Assembly: GCF_018350175.1 (NCBI RefSeq)
Contig: NC_058368.1
Coordinates: 151,344,001 to 151,408,000 of the forward strand
Length of the DNA stretch: 64,000 nt
Origin: Felis catus
Lineage: Eukaryota
Direction: 5' to 3'
This document shows, one piece after another, positions 37,340 to 51,560 of this stretch (position 1 is its first letter; each line of letters begins with the position of its first letter). The notes under the pieces were generated by a model. It searched no databases. It was not told the origin of the DNA and saw nothing but the letters and a program-made list of their open reading frames with translations. Made by a program: the position numbers and the translations under genes.

Positions 37340-37500
37340 TTTCATTTTCTGGCTCTACCACTTACTAGCTTTGTAACATTGGACAAATAGTCTCTTCTTT
37401 GTGTCTTGATTTTCTCATGTTGGAAAAACCATAATAACAGTACCTACCCCATGATGTTGTTATATAAGTTAATGAGTGTGCATGTGTGTAAAGACCTACC
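37340..37500 (+). mobile_element. MIR SINE
   Basis: ctggctctaccacttactagctttgtaacattggacaa...ttttctcatg...ataataacagtacctacc. Confidence 0.8.
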
Positions 37501-37599
37501 TACATACATATATATGTATATATACCTATATGTATTTTTATATATGCTAATAGTCTACTGTGTCACCAGTCTCTACAAGGAAAATAGATACCTCTTAAG

Positions 37600-38780
37600 T
37601 CCTTGCCTTGGTTGACTACTTCTTTCTTCTTTCTTCTGCTGTGCTTAACTTCTCAACCATATTGGACACTTTTGAGCACTCCCTCTTTCTCTTCCCACTC
37701 TTCTCATTTCTGTGAAGTTTTCTCTGCAATCTCTTCTATAGTCCTTTTTGAGTGCTCCTTTTCTTCTCATTACCTAAATGTTAGGCTTTACCAGGGTTCA
37801 GCCTTTGTCACTTAGCTTTTCTTGTTCTATCCATTTCCCTTGACCAAGCTTACTTGGTCTTAGGATTTGATTTATCATGGAACCTATAAGCCGATGACTT
37901 CCAAATTTCTCTTTCTAGCCTAAACCTCACTCCTGAGCACCAGACCTCTATGTCCACTTGCCTACTAGGCATCCCAATGTACTTCACACTCAACATGTTG
38001 AAAGTTGGACTTAATCATCTTCCTTGTCTCATGTCTGTCCCCCCCACCAGCCCATTAAATGGTACCATCATTTACTCAGTTGCTCATTAAACCAGAGGGT
38101 TATATTTGTTTCTTTCCTTCCTCTGCTCACCACATACAGTATGAGGTCTCATATATTTTTCATCTTAAATATTTCCTTAATCTTATTTTATCTCAACTGT
38201 CTCTACTCTCATTTGCCTCTCGCCTGACCTACTACAACAATATTATAGTTGGTCTCCCTGCCTCTAATCCTGTCTTCATTTCTCTACATAGAAGATAGCA
38301 GATGATTCTACATAGCGAATATAATTATGTTCTTCTCCAGCTTGAGAATAATCAGTTTCCTTGACCTGGGGAATAAGGACATGTGTGAAGTAGCCTGTGC
38401 TTATCTCTCCAATTTTCACATCTTGATAGAATCCATGCTTTCCTACCTCTGGCATTTTGTACATGCTGTTTCTCCTGCCTGAAACACTTCTCTAATTTCC
38501 CCATCCTTCTCTGGTCAGTTGATAATTATATTGTAGGTCTTAGCTTAGATTTTATTTCTTCCAGGAAGCAAAGCATTGATTTGTCTAAATCATTTCTCTC
38601 GACATTTCTCATGGGATCCCTTTACCTTTTTTTAAAAATCATAACATGTATTATGTTGTTTTGTAATTGTCCATTTACGTCTATGACCCTATTAGATTTA
38701 AATTCCAACAGGATTATGTCCATATTTTTCAAGGTTATATCCTTAGCATGTAGCTTAATGTTGGCCATTTAGAATGTGAA
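37600..38780 (+). mobile_element. L2 LINE 3' portion
   Basis: Pyrimidine-rich; gccgatgacttccaaatt (YADD-region remnant), cactcaacatg, ggtctccctgcctcta and other L2 blocks. Confidence 0.8.
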
Positions 38781-38800
38781 AATAAAAATATATAAGTGCA

Positions 38801-38990
38801 GGGGTGCCTGGGTGGCTCAGTCAGTTAAGTATCTGACTCTTGATTTCGGCTCTGGTCATGATCTCACAGTTGGTGGGATTGAGCCCCATGTCAGGCTCTC
38901 CGCTGACATTGTAGAGCCTGCTTGGGATTCTCTCCCTCTCTCTCCCATCCCCTGCTTGTGCTCTCTCTTACTCTCAAAATAAATAAACTA
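38801..38990 (+). mobile_element. Feline Can-SINE
   Basis: ggggtgcctgggtggctcagtcagttaag head, CT tract, aaataaataaac tail. Confidence 0.94.
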
Positions 38991-39020
38991 ACTTAATATA
39001 TATGTTATATATATTGTATT

Positions 39021-39068
<48 letters not shown>
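39021..39068. repeat. Compound (TA)n(TG)n microsatellite at SINE tail
   Basis: Direct observation. Confidence 0.95.
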
Positions 39069-39072
<4 letters not shown>

Positions 39073-40700
39073 TATTAAGTTATGGCTTTCTAGCAAGAAT
39101 AGTGAGAAATGGGTCAAAGTTCATCATTTGCTTTTTTTTTTTTAAAAGAGGAAATAGAGAATTTCATTAAAACATCAGTACAAATAAACCAAGAGTAAAC
39201 TAGGAGTAAGATTTTGAGGCACAGAATTAGGTGATGCCCCATTTGATGCCATCACAACATAATTTAATCTGATATCAGTCTTACCACAAATTTTTCATCA
39301 TTGGGAAGCAACCCAAGTCTTGTCTGGCCATGGTCATGCATGTTGTATTTTATTCAGTCAATTTATTTTAGTAAGCATAGGTCTAAAGGCTTCATTCACA
39401 TTGTTATAGTTTGGGGGGAGCATTTTTCTCTGTTCTCTGTGACTTTTTCATATATATATATTTGCCTTTGTATGGCCTATTTTTTCAGCCTATGTTTTAA
39501 AATAATTATTCATCATTTTTCCAACTCCTTCACAAGGTGAAGACTCATTTATTTGATAAAGTCCCAATTCCATTTGTAGTAGTATTATTCCATTTGGTGG
39601 GTTTATTATTTTACTTGGTCTTATCCCAGTACACCTCCTCCCTGTTTCTAACTACTGATATGGAACAGCATCTTCACTCCAGTATTTTAAAAGATACTTA
39701 ATTCAGAGATTCTTTTACCTAGCTCTTTGTTTTGTCATCTTCTTTTATTGAACTAAGTTATCAAAGGAGACAGACTATTTTTAACATATTAAATATTTTC
39801 AGAATAAGTACTTAAAGTTTACAAACTAAATTTTTCCCCACTTGTGCAGATGGTTTCATCCTCAAACCTTTTATTTATTTTAAAACGTTTTTTTTGGTTT
39901 TGTTTTGTTTTGTTTGGTCAGGTTTTTTTGCTCAAAATTTTTACTGAGAAGTGAAGGGGTTGGTCAATTCTGCTGGACATCTCCCATAATTTAAGAAGAA
40001 AATTTAAGGTTGTAGACCTTATATATAATCCCTGATACATATACTTACACACACACTCTGTATTTACTACTTTTGTCTACATTTCTGGTGTATATACTAT
40101 ACATACATAATGAATATTTGTATTGCATATATGATACAAACCATAAATACTATGTTTATATGTATATATATATAGCATATTCCCCCAAATTTATAAATAC
40201 TTTTTAATGAATTGATATTCTTAATTAGTGTAGTTCCTTTAGAAAAGTTGGCAGTAAAATAATATCTGCAAAAGAATATTAATTATAATTTATATTATGC
40301 TTTAGAGAACACCAAGCTGATAAGTTCAGTACAGTAAAGAAACAGAATTTTCAGTATAATATATATTAAAATTTCCTTCCAATAAAAGAAAATGTACAAT
40401 TAAAACATTGAATTGTAAGTCTCCATCTCTCTGTTCTATCATGTGACCCAAATATTATTCTCAAGTCACAAAGTATTACTTGGCATTTCTTGGATATATC
40501 ACATATTTTTGTAGCTCAGTAGTATTGTAAATGAAGCTTTTGTTATCTGGTGAGCTCCTACTCATACCCCAAGATTTTCCTTCAGTGTCTTTTATCCTGT
40601 GAAGTGATACCTCTGGCTCCTATGATTCTTTGCACATGTCTGTATCATTTTCTTACTATACTCTGTCACTTTCCCAGTTCATTTTTCTGTCTTTCCCACT

Positions 40701-40987
40701 AGGGCCAACGTATTTTTAGGCATTATAGGCAGAGAACCTGGGCAAAAATGTCTGGGAGGAAAATACATATAATTGGCTATAGGTTTTGAAAAAAAACCTA
40801 CATCAAAATTAATGACTATTAAAATACCCATAAAAATAATCTCAAGTGAATGTAACTCAACTCATACGTAGTTATGTGAATTGTATTAAATGTGAGATGT
40901 GAATGCATTTTAATGATTTATGAGGTTAGGTGGATTTAGAAAACTCTGAATGATTAGAGCCTGAGAAGGTCTTAAGTTGGCTCTCTG
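40701..40987. mobile_element. hAT-type MITE inserted in an L2 3' end
   Basis: Imperfect inverted ends agggccaac / gttggctct; degenerate 8-bp flanks ttcccact / accccact; L2-like sequence on both sides. Confidence 0.5.
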
Positions 40988-41169
40988 ACCCCACTACATT
41001 TTGGGAGTAAGAATTAAGTTCACTCACTCTTATAATTCCAAAGGCCAGTGGCAGTGACTGGTATGTGGTATGTACCTAAATACCAGTGATGAAATTCCTG
41101 GAAGTTATAAACAGCCTGTAAGTATTGCTTGGCTGAATAAACATCTATATTAAATGAATATTGCCCAAG

Positions 41170-41430
41170 AGGCAGTGTATCATAGTGATTAGGAACATAG
41201 CATTGGAGTTCTCCAAACCTGGGTTTGAGTTGTGGTTCTGTCACTCATCAGAGGACTGACTTAGGGTGAGTCCCTCTATCTCTCTAGGCATAAATTCTGT
41301 CCTCCACCAGAGGGGATAATGGTAGTAACTGTCTCTTGGGATTTTCACAAACATTAAATGAGATAATATATATTGAACACTTAGCAAGGTGCATGGCATC
41401 AGGAAAAGTTCTGATAAAAATTGAGTTATT
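41170..41430 (+). mobile_element. MIR SINE, near full length
   Basis: gaggcagtgtatcatagtgattagg...cctgggtttgag...ggggataatggtagtaac...attaaatgagataat...cacttagca. Confidence 0.85.
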
Positions 41431-42265
41431 ACTATAAACTAGGTAAAAGTAGCTTTACCATAAATGACTTCTATCTATCGTATTTAAATCTTTAAATAGC
41501 TTTCATTCTTGTTTGCTAAATTTCAGGGGAATAGACATAAAAGAGGTCACAATGTACATTTTTTTCTAAATTCTCAATTCTTACAAGCAACAGATTGTAA
41601 AAAAATGCTGGAAAAAGTCAGATTTTGAGGCTCTATGTAAATTAAAAAAAGAGATGGTGATAAAAGCTTTCTTATTCTCAAGATAACATGCATGAAAACA
41701 ATTTGTGATTCAGGATAGCAATACGGGTATGTCTTTAAGCCAACTAACTCTTTGCGACACATTGTCCTTGCTTTCTAAAGTAGGCCTCATCTCACTTTTA
41801 ATGTGTGAAAGGAGAGATTATTCAACACAGTGGTAGACACATTTTTGTTCTCAAGAACACTGCGATATCATTAATCTTCTGGCACGCCTGCAAAGGCGGG
41901 TTATGTGAATGCTAGTCTTTTGCAAGGCTATAAATAAAGTTTAAAGAGAGAAAGAGACAGAAAGAAAAGATGTTTTCCTGAAGCTTCTATTGCCACAGTA
42001 CGGACCACATTAAGGGTGCAATAACTTACCAGTAATAACACTTTTAAAATCCTCTTTATGGGTTTTCAACATCTGTCTAGAAAAATCCAGCCTAAAAATA
42101 GAATCTGATCTTGTAACACAGCTTTCTCAAATTGGGCTATCCTAAACACTGTCTTCATTGAATAGTCACATATGACTATTTTAGAGCCATATTTCTGGGA
42201 ATAGCAATGCTTTATCATGTATATCACATGCTTAGCACTCCAGAAGATATGTTCATGTATTAGGG

Positions 42266-42266
<1 letters not shown>

Positions 42267-42308
<42 letters not shown>
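42267..42308. repeat. (TG)21 microsatellite
   Basis: Direct observation. Confidence 0.98.
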
Positions 42309-42310
<2 letters not shown>

Positions 42311-43479
42311 GTGGTTCCTCATGGATGGAAAAGCTGCAGTAAAAATAATTTTTTGCCTCTTTTGCTTTTGAAATGTAAAGCAAAAAATGGACATACCAAG
42401 TATCTCTTGTTTTTTATGTTAGGAATTTCATTCTATTTCTAGTCTATTAGACCCAAATTTCATCATTACCCATGTTTAAAGGTTGAGTCACATTTGCTTT
42501 TATTTGAGAGTACTCTCAGGAATCATGCTTGCATACTAAATGCTGTTAGAGCATGCTCATGGATTATTATTACACATAATATGGATTTAATTTTCCCATC
42601 AAATTGCAATAGCTAGTAGCAGTTTTTGGTTCTAGCAGAAACCGTCTTTCTGATGTTTTTCAGTGGCAAAACTCCTGCTGACTTCATGAGAAGATCAGGT
42701 ACAAACCAATTAACATGCCACAGATTGTTGTTTAGAGCTGTTTTTTATTCTAATCCCTAGATCCAAAAACTAAAAAAATAATTAACAATAAACCCACTGG
42801 CTTGAACTCTAGTCATGCCTTACCCTGCACCCCTGGAAGATTTTTTTTCATGATGTTTTAGAGTTTGGGGCTTCCAAACAGTTTGTATGTGACAAATTAA
42901 AGACACTACAATTAGGACCTTTTTGCTAGTCAGTTTTCAGGAGATAAGTGTTGCTAATTAAGAACCAACATCTCTGGCAGGTTTTTAAGTTGCGTAAAAC
43001 TTTAAATTTGGGCCGGTCCACGGATATTGCACACTCATAACTGGGCTTCTCACGGCTTTTTGCGATGCCCTCCAAATTTCAGAGGCCTCATCTGGGGGCA
43101 TGTGATGAGAGTCAATTCTCTACTGATCTCTGCATGTGGCTCCTCTCTCACACAGCCCACATCTGGGGAGCTCATTACATTCTGTAACAGATTAGTATGG
43201 AACAGGCAGTTTGAATTCCTCATCCAAGAGTACACAAGTGAATTTCTATGCCATTCACTCACAGGGCTAGAAAACAGGCCTGGATCTTCTCTTTAAGACA
43301 GAGAGTAGAGTCCTTGGGAGCCAGTATGGCCTTTGGAAACCAAGTCTTGACCATCATGAAGACAATGAAGTTAGTTAACAATCTTTAATAAGATTTCAAA
43401 ATTCACTGCACATGTGGACTTAGGGAGTCTGTGGTGTCCATAATTTTCAGAAGAAAATGAGAAGAGGAATATAAAGGGA

Positions 43480-43710
43480 ATAGTAATGAACATTTGTAAA
43501 GTTCTGATTATATATGGTTAAATACATAATTATCTCATTTATGACTTAAAATATTTTCATGAAGTGTATGTTACTTTCCCTATTGGATAGTGAGGGAGGC
43601 ACACTATGGAAACAGGTTAGGTAACTCATCTGTGTCCTTGTAGTTAACTAGGAAGTAGAGCTAGGATTTGAATCCAAATTGTTCTGATTCTAAAGTTCAC
43701 ATTTTTTACT
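43480..43710 (-). mobile_element. MIR SINE
   Basis: ttatctcattta...caggttaggtaactc...gtagagctaggatttgaatcca...tctgattctaaag. Confidence 0.7.
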
Positions 43711-46089
43711 CAACAGGGGTCAACAGGATTGACCCGGGATCAAATGGTGAATGAAGCAGATTTCATTTGCTTTGTTCCTCCCTTCCCCTTCAACAAACTC
43801 CTCTTCCTTTTGGCAGTTCCTATTTTTAGCCACTGTCTTATTCTCCTAGGTCTTGTTTTGTCCATATCCTTGTCCGCTCCCAACATCAATGTTAACTGAA
43901 AATGATATTAGTTAATTACACTTCTTTAATAGGTGTTTGCATTTTGGTAAAAGCCTAATACATTAAAATGCCTTTAAGACCAAAACAAAAACAAAAACAA
44001 AACAAAAAAACCTAGACAACCATGACTGTTTGAGAATGTTGGGGGACATATATGGGCTAAAGGACTTTCTTCTCAAAAAAGGGCTTGAAGCTTGGGGAAC
44101 TCAGTGTTTCCATGTTAAATATTTTAATACACAAAACCAGTCTAAAATGAATTCCAAGAGCAGATTTGAAGGCAAAAGAAGTCATATTATAACTTAGGTG
44201 GAGAAATGAGCTCAGGGTGGAGAAGAATAACTCCTTTGCTTGGTGGCATCAGGGTGTTCCATGAGGTTCTGAACTGATAACATTAATCTTAGATTCTCTT
44301 CCCCCATTTCCACTTTATTGAATTCCACTGGAAAGACAGAGTGGTAAGACAAAGCCTCAGAACACTTAGGATTACTTTTTTTCTCATTACCCTTGAGTAG
44401 AGCTGCTTCCTACTGAAGAGGCTGAGATCTGTTGACCCATAATAGGTCAGCTTGAGACGACATCTTCCCTGCTAGTGATGATACAGAGCTCTTTCTTTTA
44501 AAACTAATATTTGCAGATACAGAATGTTAGGAAATTTTAGTGCAAGCCTGGTAAGTTTTCAAACATGTAGAGAAAAAAATGTCAAGAAATAATAAAATAA
44601 TTTTGAAAACATTCATAACAGAGACCAGAAAAAATTATTGTCCATAATCTCACTAATATACCGGTTGGTATACTTTGTAAACTTTCAAGCACTTTTTTTT
44701 CCATGAATATTTATTAACATAATTGTAGTCAAAGCTCGTGTTTTTAAAGTTTGCTTTCTTTTTCCTAATATTATGACATAGTCATCTTCTGTGCCACTAA
44801 GCATTCTTCATTAGGCTGATTTTTTTTTTTTTTCAGAGAGGATGGGCTATCCACTTTTGGATGACATAGAATGGTATTCTCTTGTACATCTAAGTATATG
44901 AATTACCTCCTTGTAGGCCTTGAATAAATGCTAATATAGTCCAGCTATAGATTTTAAATGTTACTTACGTATATAGATGCTGCATTGGAGCTCTCAGGGG
45001 ATTGTTAACATCATCACATTTTTAGGTGTATCATAATTCTGCCATTTAATTATACTTAAAAAGTGGTTTTATCAATATTAGTATCTAGAAAGAACAAATA
45101 TAATTGTCATAAAACAAGTAAATAATCATTGTGTTTAGATACTTTTTGAAGATTGTTTAGATTGCTGTTCCACATATTTTCTGAGAATTTCTTTTACACT
45201 AAAGAATGTCATTGGGCTATTTGCAGCTGTTGTGGCCTGGCTTTACCCCATTAGAGGCGATCTGTGGGAAGAGACGGAGACAAATTGTGACACTGTTCCT
45301 TATCAAAGGACCACACAGTTGTTCGCCACTTTGACTCCTTGATGGATAGTTATCTTGAGGTTTGACGGATGTAAGGCTGAAAGTTTAGAGGAAAACACTG
45401 CAGAAGCCCAGTAGCTCCTTGCTATTGAACACTTAACTTGATAACGTGGGGTTAATCAATCTTCTCTATTGTTTTTAGCTTCAATTTTGTTTTCTTCAAG
45501 CTTCATTTTTTTCCCGCCTCATCAGACTGGTCTGCCAAAAAAAAAGTCTAGATGGAGAAAAGGCAAAAGTAATTCTTTTCCACATTATTGATTTCATCAA
45601 ACATCCTTCTCTTGTCCTCAGTGCACGTATTGGAGAGAAAAACGCATAACTCATTTTTTGTGCATAACATGTGCATTTATGTATTTTTTTCAAAGTTTTA
45701 ACTTGAATGGTTGGAGAAATCAATTAGGTTGTTGTGATCAAAAGTTGAATAATTATCTTGAAGAAACATATGTTCCTTAAAGTATTTTGGTTTTTTGAGA
45801 ACAAAACATTACTGATTATTGATCACTCTACTTTCCATGTTTCCTCAATATTTCCCTTAGTTCGGTCATGTGCAGCTATTAGACATTCCATTGAACTAAT
45901 GATTTATTTCAGTATCTAACTATAGTGAATTTTTATCTGAATGCAAGTGGTCGATGAATTGTTATAAGACCTGCTGGTCCTGCCATGCCTGAGTTCCTCA
46001 AGCAAAGAAGAATAGAGGGGAAAAGCCCCTGCGCTTTTCATGAAATTATGTTCCCCCAATTAGTGTAAGGGGTGAAAGAGTCAGAATTC

Positions 46090-46270
46090 TTTTGTCAGCT
46101 TTATTGAGATGTAACACACACAATAAAATCACCAATTTTAAGACTGCAATTTGGTGAGTTTTGACAAATGCATACAATCATTTTCACTACTACAATCATA
46201 TAGAACATTGCTGTTACCACTCAAAAGTTCCACTGTGGTCCTTCATAGTCAGTACCTTCCCTACATCTCC
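46090..46270 (-). mobile_element. L1 3' end fragment
   Basis: cagctttattgagatgtaa...aaaatcaccaattttaag...gagttttgacaaatgcatac...atagaacatt. Confidence 0.75.
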
Positions 46271-49169
46271 TGGTCCCTGTCACTCACTGACATACACAGA
46301 TCCCTTTACAAACGTACACATCCTCTGTGCCAAGGCCACACTAATCTCTATATTGTTCCGATTGCAGTATGTGTGTTGCCAAAGCAATTACTAACCAGTT
46401 TTTAAAAGTAAGCTATGATTACATATTAGTTTGTAAACTTTTTACAGCATTCATTTTTTAAATCTTTTAAGACATTATTTCTGATGTTCACTTAGAGTTA
46501 TACTATCATCCCTTTTGGAAAAGAAAAGTCAGTGAATTCCCCAGTTTTGTGCTATGCAGAGCATAACAGTGTACTCATGGTTTTATCTAGTCTCATGTCT
46601 AACTCCTACCTCTTTTGGAAACACTGAGGAGTCAATTGATAATTAGCTTTTCTTTTAGTCATCTAGTATTTTGTTACCTTAAGAGTACTTTTGTTGCTGA
46701 GCTTTTGAAACAAAAAGTTGATTGGCTCTGTGCCTCAGTTAACTACTTTGCTGTATTAAAACAATGAAGTCCTAAGTTTCTAACCGTTGTTGAAATATAT
46801 TTTTAAGTGTGAGAGAGAAAAAGCAATTTAATTTACTCTTCTGGTTTGGCAAATGACTAAAAAGGAGGAAACCATAAGTGCTTGAAAATTGCTGTATATA
46901 CCCTGGGCTGTCATTTTTTTTCCATTATAAGTGAAGAGATATTAAGTGTATGAACACTGCTCATTGTGCACAAATACAAAGCATTCTTACTGTTGGACAC
47001 AGTATACATACAATGTGTGGATAATTTTTGCCATCGTAGATATACCATTTCAGTTATTAGATTGAAGGGTTTTTTTTTAAACTAAAAAATGGGTAAGCGT
47101 AAATGAAGTTAGAATATATGTATGTGCCCAAAAAAGTTGGAAATGAGTGAGAATCTGCTATAAATATTATGTTGTACTTATATCTTAAAGTCTGATGGTA
47201 TCATTTTGTCATTCATAGTCATTTGCATTTGGTTGATTTAGAGAGGTTTTCTAAGATGCTATGAAAATATTCCTTTATCAATATTAAAATACTAATAAAA
47301 CAAATATTTTACAGTATGGACCTTACAATGAACCAAAAGATGCATTACAAGCAAGACTCAAATTATTTAAAGATGTGGAGCACCTATAGAATGGAAGCAA
47401 TTACTTTTGAAAAAAATATGTTAAGTTCTATACATTTTTTATTTTACTTCTGCCTATTTCACTTTCTTTATAAGCTACATCTTCCAAAGAGCACATAGGA
47501 AACTACATTGTCTCCTTGGAAAGCACAAATAGAAGATGTCAGTTAAACAAGATTGAGAACCTATATTACCTTTCCTGGAGTTATTTGGAAAAGGGGTGAA
47601 ATTTAATTTGCATTGCTCTTTGTTTACATGTTCTGAAAAAGCTTGCTCCCTGAACTTCAAATCTCTAAATTCAAGTTTCCTAGTGATTTGAGACTAATAA
47701 GCTGAAAGCATTGGGAACCCCAGAGAAAGCGTACTCTTATTATTTTCCCATTAAAAAGCAAGAGCCCCAAGGGATATGGTTTTATGCAGATAAATGTTGG
47801 ATAAATATCTGAACTTCTGGGCATATTTGAACCCACATTATGAATCACGCACAGTTCTGTCAACCCTGGTTAGGGACCAGAGTATTTAGTTTTTCATCCG
47901 TTTGCCTGTCTTTTCCAGACGCTCTTTGTCTTTGCTTTAAGCACATCTAAACTCAGTGGCGCACACTGTAATCAAGCTCAGTCTTGTAAAGAAATGAAAA
48001 AGCTAGAAAGTTGAACGTAACTGTTAATATTTCAGGCACTACTTGCCCTTCATAATAGCACTCGGCCACCTAGATCCACAGGATGGGTGTGACCTATGTC
48101 TGCTCTGTCACACTGTCTTTCCTAAACTGAGGGGGTGTGCCTGTGGTTTACTGCTGCCACATGGCTGGCATTGTTATTTCATAACCTAGAGCTCGTTCTT
48201 ATTTCCCTCTTAGCTCCTGAAACCTTCGCCCCTGCATGTTTTCTTTCCTTTTACTCTAACAGCTGAACTACATAAATGCCAAGTAGCAACATGAATTCCT
48301 AAACAGAAGCTGCCATAAAACAACGCTGCTCCAACCAAGAAACACACATGTAGAGGCCCATGACTGACAGGGCTCAAAAGGCAGGTTTTAGTAAATGACA
48401 AGTGTGAAGTTCTTATTGTTGCTGTAGTCGATGGAAGCTCATATTTACACAAAAAAATTCATTCACATTTCAGAACAATTCAGTGTAACTGGCAGCTTGG
48501 GAAAGAAAAGACTTAAAATCTCTTACAGATGAAGAAGACAGGAGTAGTACAGAATCCAAAGCATTCTCTCACTTTGGAATATGTTAGCATCTTTTGATTG
48601 GGTTTAAAACTAGGATTTTGGAGCAGCAGCAGGAAAAGTTGAAATTATAAATTATTTTTGTTAGGAAAAAGGGAGAATAAGAATGAAAAGTAGAGCTGTT
48701 CATCTTTTATTTATTCTAAGCATAATTCCATTCAGTGTTAATTAAGTAAAAGTCTAAAGAAGTACATTATCCTTTTGTATATACTCGTCATTACGACAGA
48801 AAGATCTATGGTTATCTAGAAATACAGGAAGGAAATATTGTGTGATGTCAATCTGCTGTATGTGATCAGTGTTAAAATAATTGCTAATAAAATGCCATGA
48901 AATATTTCATTTGAATATTCCTTTTCATCAGTTAGAACAATGTTATAAGATATCTTAAGAAATGGTAGGACTTTATTCTATATGTGTCCTCTAATAGACC
49001 AAGGGTAGAAATACTCTGGCTCCTACTGTATTTTCTTCCATTACTGGTTAATAAACCACTCAAATAACAAAAAATGTAATAAACTGGAAGGAATCTTGGA
49101 AAGTACCAAATCCAAACATTTCATTTTATCATTGAGAAAATAGGCTCAAGGAGAATAAATACCTTTTCC

Positions 49170-49530
49170 TTTAGTGTGATACCCTCACCAGTTCATCATC
49201 AAATTCGTTTCGTCTTTGTCTCTTGCATTTGGGTATGGCCTTGTGGCTAAGTCCTAATTGGTAAAATGGGGGCAGATGTGATGTGCTGTGCTACCAGACT
49301 AGGCCTATCAAAAACTCCCTGCTGGATTCTCCAGGCTGTTTACTGTCTACTGACCCAAAGCAAAGGAACGACTTAGAGATCCTATGATGTAGTGTAGCTT
49401 CAAGAGAAGGAAGGAAGCCTAGATCTCTGAATCCTTGTGGGGAACGCAGCTACCCCGTAGGGCTATTATATGAGTGAACAGTCAGCTTACTTCTTAGGCC
49501 ATTGGAGTTTTGAAGTATACCTAATAAATT
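49170..49530 (+). mobile_element. MaLR (MLT1-type) LTR remnant
   Basis: ggccttgtggctaag...ggcagatgtgatgtg...ggaaggaagcctagatctctgaat...tatgagtgaac...aggccattggagtttt. Confidence 0.6.
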
Positions 49531-49939
49531 AATTAGTGTTGGTTTAACAACCACAAAATATGTACTTAGCAAAACAAGCTTTTCCCTTTTTATGTCAAGG
49601 AAATGAAATCAGAGACTTAAAAGTAGCTGTCACAGTCAGAGAAGGAATATTTCTGCCAGTGGCCTGATCGTCAACCTTGTCTTGGAGTGACAAGTTTCGT
49701 TTTTTATCCTTGTCTGTTAGCTCCACATCTTCAAGTGTTCCTTTTTTTTCTAGTCTCAATATTATGACATTATGTTGGACTTGAAATCTTTTGAACTTTG
49801 ATTGTAGCCAGGACCTCTTAACTGGTCTCTGGGTCCTTAGTAGGCCTGTCTTCTAATTCTCAACATGCACTGACATAAGAACAATCCTGCTCAGAAAATC
49901 TCTATTGACTCTTTATTGTCTAAAGTTGAGGTAAGGAAC

Positions 49940-50650
49940 TGGGGGCCTTGGGATGCATATGATCTTTAGAAAGCTTTTGCTTAGCTGATGAGATGTGCCT
50001 TTTTTTTTTTTTAAGTTTTATTGTCAGTACTTTAAAATTGAGATAGTAAAAATCCCAGATTTCTGGCTTTTCTTGATAAATGATCTAGCAGAGTGGGCCA
50101 CATTCTCACATGGAAGCCATCAGCTGGAGTAAGGCATGCACTTTAGAGTTTGCCCACAGCCCCACGTGGATTAGTTGGGATTCTCCAGAGAACAGAACCA
50201 ATAGGGTGTGTGTGTGTACACATGTATACATCCTAAGGTTTTGTTTCTCTGTATGTGTGTGTATATATATTTCTATAGATTTATTATAAGGAAATGGCTC
50301 ACACAGTTATGGAGGCTGTTAAGTCCTAAGATCTGCAGTCAGCAAGCTGAAGACCCAGGAAAGCCAATATTTCAGTTTGAATCCCAATGCAGGAAAAACC
50401 CAGTGTCCCTGTTCTAAGGCAGTCAGGCAGCCTTTTTGGTCTATTCAAACCTTCATCTGCATGAAGCTCACTCACAGTAGGAAGGGCAATCTGCTTTACT
50501 CAGGCAGTGAATTCAAATGTTAATCTCACCCAGAATAATGTTTGACCAAATATCTAAGGACCCTGTGGCCCACTCAGGTTGACACAGAATTCACCATAAC
50601 ACCATGCCATGATTTATCCCTACTGTACCCCTGTAGGCATTTAGGTGTAA
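49940..50650. mobile_element. MER102-like hAT element split by an LTR
   Basis: aaaatcccagatttctggcttttcttga...gggccacattctcacatgg...cagctggag...gtttgcccacagccccac. Confidence 0.65.
50167..50601 (-). mobile_element. MLT2B-like ERVL solo LTR
   Basis: TG...CA ends, ttctccagagaacagaaccaatagg, gatttattataaggaaatggctcac, ttgacacagaattcaccataaca; 5-bp TSD CCACG / CCATG. Confidence 0.88.
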
Positions 50651-51329
50651 TGATGGAATAGAAATTCCATGAAGACTGGGATTTTTTTTTTCTCCACTGC
50701 TACCTCTCTAGCACTTAGAATTTCACATAATGGGAATTCAATATGTATTTATTGATTAGTCTATAAATACACAAATAAATCAATAAATTAAAGTGACTGC
50801 TATTCTGTATGTTCAAATGCTTCAGTTAGGCATCCCAAATTCTCCACCATTGTGCCTCAATGTACTTTTCTAACCTGATCTCCCATAAAGGCAGAGTAAG
50901 CAAATCAGGCCAAAGAATGTTCTGGGAAAGGCCATGCTCTCTTCTGCTTTTGTCATGTACTTTTGTTGCTTACTCTACCATGAAGGTTCTAGTTGTCCTG
51001 GCCACTAATTTTTACTTTTCTTGCTAAGTTCATCCCTTCCTTGACCATTCAGGCTGTAGTGATCTCTTCCTTCTTTGAAATCTCATGTTACTTGCCATTT
51101 GGAACTCTCTTACTGCATTTTTAGTTATATACTGTTTAATATAGCTATTTAACTTTCAAATGAGTATTCAAATTCCAAGGAAGAGTGACAGTTACTTTTA
51201 ATTCCTTGTATTAAGGCAACATCCTCAGTGAAAATGGGAGGTGTTCTAATTAAGCTGTAGCAAATAAGATAAATGAATTTAGGGTGAATATAATCTATCA
51301 TATTAATGTCATTGGACTAATACTTGTTG

Positions 51330-51560
51330 GTCCCCTAGTATGCACTCCTGAGGTAGTATGCTAAGAGTTTTGTGTACATTATCTCATTTAGTCTCAAAGC
51401 AATCTTTGAAGAACTTACTATCACTAGCCCATTTTGTGGTTGAGAAAACAGAGGCTTCTAGAATTTAGGTAATTTGCTTAGGATACCAAAGCTAGGACAT
51501 AAATGAGTTGGAATTCAAAACTTAGGTAGTGTGACTTCAGAGCCCAAGATTTTCCTTAAG
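51330..51560 (-). mobile_element. MIR SINE
   Basis: cattatctcatttagtctc...cccattttgtggttgagaaaacagaggct...ggaattcaaa...tgacttcagagccca. Confidence 0.8.

Noticed and set aside
43717..43735. Inverted repeat GGGTCAA-N5-TTGACCC (similar short hairpins near 6938 and 59455)
   Set aside because: 7-8 bp stems are expected by chance in 64 kb.
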